A DNA stretch of 63,860 nucleotides, filler included. It is 17 parts of 17 records of this genome, joined end to end, with 100 filler letters (N's around TTAATTAATTAA, not from the genome) between each part and the next. Parts side by side here need not be neighbours in the genome. Positions count along the whole stretch, not along the records: positions 53,988 to 57,287 come from SRR7504441_109653; positions 57,388 to 60,624 come from SRR7504441_109696; positions 60,725 to 63,860 come from SRR7504441_109774; 14 more parts are not named here. The stretch is one strand, 5' to 3'. The translations under genes and the position numbers were made by a program. Below, piece by piece: positions 57,241-63,860 of the stretch. The notes under the pieces were generated by a model. It was not told the origin of the DNA. It saw only the letters and a program-made list of their open reading frames with translations, and did no database searches. How positions within the stretch are numbered: the first letter of the stretch is position 1; every line of letters begins with the position of its first letter.

Positions 57241-57387
57241 AGCCTACCGGTAAAAAAAAAAAAAACAACTTCAATCAAAACCTAGAGNNNNNNNNNNNNN
57301 NNNNNNNNNNNNNNNNNNNNNNNNNNNNNNNTTAATTAATTAANNNNNNNNNNNNNNNNNNNNNNNNNNNNNNNNNNNNNNNNNNNN

Positions 57388-58171
57388 GATGGTAGGGGGG
57401 GCTACTTGCCGCGAGGCAGTCAACCGGGAAGCCACATATCTGCAACTGTGCGATGTTGTTCCTCTACCGTCTCAGCCGCCCCCTCTCGATCGACCCTGCC
57501 CACCAGGAGGCGGCCCCGGCGAACCTCAGAGTGCTCCGACATGCGCTGACTGGTGCAGCGGCGGTGGCAGTGAGCGTGGAGGTATACTTCGCAATATTAC
57601 AGATAGTTTGGAGCACATGAGTGCAGCAGCTGAAGCTGGGGTAGTGAACGCATGCATGTACGTGCTGGAGTACGGGCCCGATGTGGCCAAGGACAATGCA
57701 GCAAGCACTCTGGCCAATATTGCCGGTAGCGAGGAGCACGCGAGCGAAGTGGTTGCGCTCGGGGCGGTGAAAATGTGCGCAAATCTGCTGTTAAGATCGA
57801 TGGCTGAGTCCTTGCTGATCTGGCCTGACTCTGTCCTACCTAACAGACCTTACTGTCCCGATTCGGCCAAGGAGAGTGTAGCCCTCACTCTGTGCAATCT
57901 TGCCTGCATTAAGGAGCACAGGTGTGCAGTAGCAGCACCTGAAACAGTAGCAGCTTGCGTGTTGGTATTGGAAGAGGAGCCCGATGAGGCCAAACGTGCG
58001 GCGGCTGGCACTCTGGCGAACCTGGCACAGTGTGAGGCACACAGGATCACCTTGATCTCGGCCGGGGCAGTGGTAGCGTGCGAGAAAGTGCTCGCAGATG
58101 GGCCTGAAAACGCAAAGCCCTATGCTTCGATTGCCTTGAGGCGTTTGGGCACGTCGTACGAGTCGAGTTGA
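57388..58171 (+). CDS. Armadillo-repeat protein (5' uncertain)
   Basis: Repeats AKDNAASTLANIA, AKESVALTLCNLA and AKRAAAGTLANLA. Confidence 0.75.
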
Positions 58172-58428
58172 CTGCCCCGATAAAGCTCCAATCAGCTATC
58201 TAGATAGCTTAGCCACTTGCTGTTAATTAACGTAATCGCGTAGTCAAAATTAATGTAGCTCCAAGTAAATGTACGCATGGTGAGCTCGGCTCAAATTTAG
58301 CTCAAATTTGCGAATGAATGTACTATACGTGCACTTACAATGATCCGAGGCCTACGTAAGGAGGCTAAATGCTCCTATATAGCTCCTACAGCTACATGTA
58401 TCATAGCTATCGTACAGCTCATTCATGC

Positions 58429-60603
58429 TCATTGCTCTTGCACGGACCACACGCCGGAGGAGAAGTCTCGTACCAAGACAAGCTGGGCGTCAAAGCAGAG
58501 CTCTGGGTCGCCTCGCTGCAATAAGGTGCGGGCCATCACACTCCTCGAGGGCACTGCCCGAATCCCGCCAATGTCGGGCTGACCTTGCACTTTGACTGTG
58601 ATGGGGCGTGACAGATCGAGCATTCGGGAGCTCAGCAGCACTCGAAGCCAACTGCCGGCTGAGTCTGGACTGTTGAGCTGTACAAAACTGCCATCACGGT
58701 TGTACTCGGCATCAATCAACGTCGCGTCGCACGGCTTGCCATCCGAGCGCCCAATATCCAGCCAGAAGAACGCATCGCATGCCTGCGGCACTCCAGGGCC
58801 CTCGTGGATTGCTGGCCTTGGAGCCCTGGTCTGCACATCCCAGATCACGCGCGGCGGCACAGGGTTGCGCACGAATCCACTCACCTGGCCCACAGTCATG
58901 GCCTGCACTCAGGCAAGCGCTACCCAGGCCACAGCGTTGGTGTTTACATCTCGCGTGGAGCAGTCAGACTTGTCGAGCCAGCCGCGCGGATTAGCGTAGA
59001 CTGTGTAGCTCTGCTGCCGGAAGTCGTTATCTGGATAGTTGTGGCCTCGCCCACAGTGCACAAAGCACTCGCTGATGTAGCCGCCGTGACTCTCGGTTAG
59101 ACCGTCGAGTGTCACACCATACTGCGCACCGACAGAATGCCGATTGTACGCTGTGTCGTTCTCGCCGACTTGAATTAGGAAAGGAGTATTGAACAGCGAG
59201 CGCATCGGGATCCCGTTAGGATGGCCTGACGACATGTTGCACGCTGCCCACCGATCGGCCATTCTTGGGCCAGCCTGGTACACGCCGTCGCCTCCAGCCG
59301 AAAATCCGAGCAGGTACACTCGGTTCGGGTCGACGCTTCCGCAGCAGAGGAGGTCAGCGATCAGCTTATCGTAGCACTTGTAACTACCGCCAGTGAAATG
59401 CAGGTTCCAAGTGTCTGTGATGCCTCTCGGGGCCACATAGAGACCTGGGAGCCCCGATGCTTGCAAAGTAGAGAAATAATAGCTCTTCATGTGCTCCCAC
59501 TGACTATCATTCACGCTGGGTGGGCACCCGCCTCCGCCGTGCAGGCAGATATACAGCGGCCAGCCATTCGGAGGCGAATCGCCATTCTCTTTCAGCACGA
59601 TCCTCATCGCATCAGCAATTGTCTGGCATTGCAGCTCAGCGTCGCCCTCCGAGCAGAAGCTCTGCTGGTATTGATCCCAAGTCTCGGCCCGCGCCTGGTC
59701 GATCCTTTCCACGGGGATCCCGACCTCGCCTGCCGGCCGCATGGCCAGCTGCTGCAGATCGTATGTGTCGGAGTTGGACCTCTTGATCTGTGGTTGCTTC
59801 TGAGGCAGCCTTTCGAGCTTAATCCTCTCCAGATCCCGGTCCAGATCACTCAGTGGCTGGCCGGTCCCGGGGATGGCCGTTAGCGATGCTTGGTTGCAGT
59901 GGCATTCCCATGCCGGCCAGGGCGCCGAGCGGATGCACAGCATCAGAGTATCGCCTGGGGCCGCGTGGGCTGCCACGTGCGCATCCGCCCCGATCGTAGC
60001 CCGATGCTCACGAAATCCGTCTCCGACCGTGCCCCGGTCGACAGTGCAGGCAGCCGAGCTGGCCTTGACCACGCCGTCCGCTGAGGCCAGCACGAGCCAG
60101 GCGCCGCACTGGCCGGTCCCGCCGAAACCTTGATCCCTGAGCGAGCACGAGACCTGGATCTCGGCCAACGGCCCGGGCAGCGGACCGGTCTCGAGATACA
60201 CCAGCCCTGGCCAGTCGGCAACACTGATCGGGCCACCGGCCGCCTCCACGCTCTCGTAAGAGTTGCTGGTGGCCACGATCGGGCCGGGCGCCTCGGGTTT
60301 GGCGACCCCGCCCTGCAGGTGGAGCTCGTGCCCCCCGCCGCCACCCACCAGATAGCCCAGCTCCACAGTTCCGCGGGGGACGCCCACTGTGAGCGCCGTG
60401 AGGCCGTGGGGCGCCGGGGAGGCCAGGACGGCCCAGCCGCCCTCGGACCGGGCATAGAGCGCACCCTTCTGATTGCCCCAGCCTTGGTCGCGCCAGTGGA
60501 CCGTGAGCTCGGCCGGGCCGGAGACAGCCGCCCAGGGCTGGACTTGGTCGGAGGCCAGATCGGAGTGTATCTCGGGAAGGCTCGTCGTTGCACAGGCGTC
60601 CAT
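58429..60603 (-). CDS. Alpha/beta-hydrolase with two N-terminal DQG(W/F) beta-sandwich modules, 2 exons
   Basis: PLYICLHGGG, VDPNRVYLLGFSAGGDG, VGENDTAY and GRGH. N-terminal WRDQGWGN and LRDQGFGG. A 39-nt intron near 58886-58924. Confidence 0.8.
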
Positions 60604-60845
60604 CTCCGGCGGCCGGTCCCAGCGNNNNNNNNNNNNNNNNNNNNNNNNNNNNNNNNNNNNNNNNNNNNTTAATTAATTAANNNNNNNNNNNNNNNNNNNN
60701 NNNNNNNNNNNNNNNNNNNNNNNNAATTTAGGCTGCTGGCACCGTATACGGTACCTGTACAACCGTAATCAGCGCTACGGCTGTACCGGTCTACAGGCAG
60801 AAAGCGGTGCACGGCCCGGAGCCCTTGGGCCCCGAGAGGCTGGAA

Positions 60846-63765
60846 ATGGAGGTGGACGACTCGTACTCGGAGTCGTCGGAGCAGATCATCGCCCCGCTGG
60901 TCGAGTCATGCGAGTGGCCCACCCACTCGAGCCGGGTGCCGGTGCCATCCCCGTTTGTAGGTCGATAGACGCGGCGATCAAGGCAGTGTTTGAGGACGGC
61001 CGAGAGGATGAGTGTGAGCGGCACCTCAAGTGGCCCAACGGCCCGGGGCTGGACGGAGCACTGGGCAGGGCGTTCATTGCGAGGAAGAAGGCGGCTATAG
61101 ATGACAAGTGCAGCTACAACCACCAGGGGTTCTACAACTCTGTGGAGGAGCTCGGCCAGGCGGGCTGGCGGCTGACAGGGGTCGCGCGAGCAAACAATGT
61201 CAGGTGCAGAGTGAGTTCCGGCAGCTCAAAGATCATATTTTCTACCTGAATAACAAGCTGCAGGCCACAGGGAACCGGATGCTCACGCAGGCCGACCAGC
61301 TGGTCCGTCCCACCCGAGCTCAGGGCTGAACCCGAACGAGGTGCGCAAGCGGCAGATCCGCAAGAACATCGAGGCAGGGCTGCAGACACTCGCCGTCTGT
61401 CGGCAGTGCATGGTCAGCCCCGAGGGTTTGGCCATGAGAGGTGGCCTGGCAGGCGACTGCGCAGAAGGCATATGAGCAGGTGCGAGAGAGTAGTCTCTAC
61501 CCAGCGCTCCGGACAATCCGTCAGCTCGAAAAGCAGCTGGTCCCGGTACGTAGGCTCGATCGCTGGCTGGCTGAGCGTTGGCCAGATCGCTGAGTTCAAG
61601 GTCGGGATTGTGCTGCAGCAGCGGATCCCAGTGCTAGTCAACCTGATCATCCATATGGTGTTCAACGGATTCTGTAGCTGGGCCGACCCCGAGACCAACC
61701 TGACACACGCCAAGCGGCTGGGCTCGGCACACATCCAGCTGGCTCGGGCGCGGTGCGGGTGCAATGCGGCTGGTCAGTAAGCGGGTCCAGGATGGAGTAT
61801 GAAGGCGAGATGGACGAGGACCACGACGACCTACCGCTGGTCCAGATGACTGAGGTGTCGCTGTGCTGCCACGTAATGGATTCGCTCAAATGCCACGACA
61901 AGTTTCGAAGCTGCTACTTGGAGACGCGCAAGGCAATGTTCAGGAACCACCTCAAGCTGGACAACCCTCGCGGGCTGTTCAAGAAACGGTGCGACTACAC
62001 TAGACTATACTATATGCTTAACTGGACAACCCGTGTGGGTTGTTGAAGAACCTGTTCAAACTGGCAGCTGACTGGTTGGCAGGCACATGCCACAGTGGGA
62101 GGATTATCTCACCACGATTGTTGGCGTGTTTGTGATCGAAGACCAGATCATGCACGCGTACGCCGAGCAGTTCACCAGCAAGGTGGACACAATGGAGATG
62201 TGGCTCGAGGTCGATCACTGGCCAACGGGCTTGATGGTCGACTGCAGGTACAGAACCGGCTGAGGGACGAGCTTGAGCTTGAGATGAGCACGATGTCGCC
62301 CGAGCAGCACCTGGAGCTGGCCCAACTGACAAAGGAACTGAATGTGGCAATGGGCAGCCTCGGGTTTGACTGTGAGGCGATCTTGCACCTGGTCAGCCGA
62401 GCCCCCAATGCGGTTGGTCAGCAGCCGGACAGGTGACCAACAGCTCCGGCGCATTCAAGGATAAGCTGCAAAAGCAGCTTGAGGACGCAGTCGAAACTTA
62501 TCTCAAAGTTCAAACCGCCCCTTGCATCGATCTTGATCTGGAGATGTGCAGGTGCCACAGCTGATTGCGTACCGAGTGCAGTCGGAGTCCGAGTATCGGG
62601 CAGCCTGTGCAGCAGTCGGGCTGCCAGCCCAACCAGGCAAGCCCATGTTACCTCACGAGTTTGCATTTAGCAAGCCATTGAACGAACTTTGTCTCCAGAG
62701 CAAGTGAACAGTACCGTGATTCTATAGGCTGAGTCCGTCTCAGGTCATTTCTGGAGCAGTTTGGTGGCTTCTCCACCGAAGAGGACGATGAATTCGATGA
62801 GACTGAGGTCTGCACCGCACCAGCACCAGGCTGACGGTGCTGGTAGGTGATGAGGTGCCAGCACACGTTTGCCGATGCATTCCAGCAGTCGATCCAATTC
62901 TATTTCGACCGTTCAGGAACTCTTGTGCAGACGGCAGTTCATAACCTGATCGACGTGTGGTATCTGGTCAAGAGGTTTGCCCCACAGATCGAGGGTAGCC
63001 TCCCTGCGAGGGCCAGGCTCACCTCATGCTGCAGCTGTCTTCATGGTTGAAAAGTGCGGAGCAGCTCCAATTGGGGAGCGACAGGCCACGTTTGTGGAGG
63101 TCCTGTCGCCGCTGCTCCCGATGATGAGCGAGCACCTGTGCGAGGTGGCCACCAGTCAGGTAGAGCAGCTGGTCGGCCCAGCAACCAACCAGATCCCGTG
63201 GGACGCCGAACAGGAGGACTCGCGCGCCAAGCTCAACCCGTCGCCGTTCGTGCAAGCACTTCTGCACTTTTTCCAGAGCAACTTGTTTGTGCACCTGCAG
63301 CTGCTTGAGCCGGAGCGGTGCAAGCTCAACCCGAGTGAGATCGAGGAGGAACGAAAGTACTTGGAAACTGTTATTCTCTCGCACACAGGCACCTGCCTGG
63401 TGCGATTGCTGGACGGCCCGGCCAAGCTGACCAAGGTGGCAATCGGGGCGCTTGAACGGGACGTGCAAGCAATTATTGGCGAGCTCAAAGGCGGGATGTG
63501 CAAGCTGCGGGCGCTTAAAATTCAGCAGTGCTTTGCCCAGGTGCTGCAAGTGTGCAGATTACTGTTGCAACCGGACGAGATGGCCAAGGCTGTTGAGGAG
63601 CATTACAGGAGCAGTGTGTATCCAAATCTAGAGACAAGTTTGCTCATGCCAGTCCTCCAGAAGTATTTTGATGGGCTGCCAGGGAATGTTTTTGGAAAGA
63701 CCGAGGACCAACGAGTAGTCATTGAGCTTTTAAAAGCTCTGCAAGAAGCCAGTATAGCATCCTAG
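60846..63765 (+). CDS. SEC15: Exocyst complex component Sec15/EXOC6, many short introns
   Basis: AIKAVF...KKAAIDDKCSYNHQGFYNSVEEL...LK..I..LN.KLQ..G matches the Sec15 N-terminus. Later pieces include CCHVMDSL...FRSCY, GVFVIED and a helical C-terminus. Confidence 0.75.
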
Positions 63766-63860
63766 ACCAGTGCTAGAGAGTATGATGGCTTGAAGGGCCC
63801 ACCGGAGATCTCACTGGTAAAAGCAATGATAATGTGGAAAGTCAGGAACCAGACATGGGT

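Noticed and set aside
57252-57265. Poly-A run suggesting a retroposed tail
   Set aside because: On the coding (-) strand it is a T tract just before an AG, best read as part of an intron or a homopolymer at the contig end.

Overview
This is not one locus. It is 17 short (about 3-4.6 kb) unrelated contigs of a GC-rich, gene-dense unicellular eukaryote, joined by an artificial 100-nt spacer (44 N + TTAATTAATTAA + 44 N). Many genes are split by tiny spliceosomal introns. I delineated roughly 55 by hand; they are 36-57 nt, mostly 38-44 nt, and about 9 have GC donors. Divergent genes often share 60-140 bp promoters that contain AACGG/CCGTT, and the AT-rich 3' spacers repeatedly carry TACATGTA. Recognisable genes are DPP3, VPS4, serine palmitoyltransferase LCB2, a TBC RabGAP, a PPR-TrmB protein, an S28 peptidase (frameshifted), glutamate decarboxylase, a SWEET transporter, aldose 1-epimerase, an LRR receptor-like protein and exocyst SEC15. 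The most striking item is an 8-exon gene that appears to fuse Tpt1 RNA 2'-phosphotransferase, a TatD nuclease and an ERI-type DEDDh exonuclease. Other unusual architectures are a cell-surface EGF-repeat protein with an embedded Cu-only-type SOD domain, a MIB/HERC2-ankyrin-caspase-like protein and a secreted Reeler-GRDP-DOMON protein. All domain calls come from motif recognition by eye; no database searches were run, and the taxon cannot be assigned.
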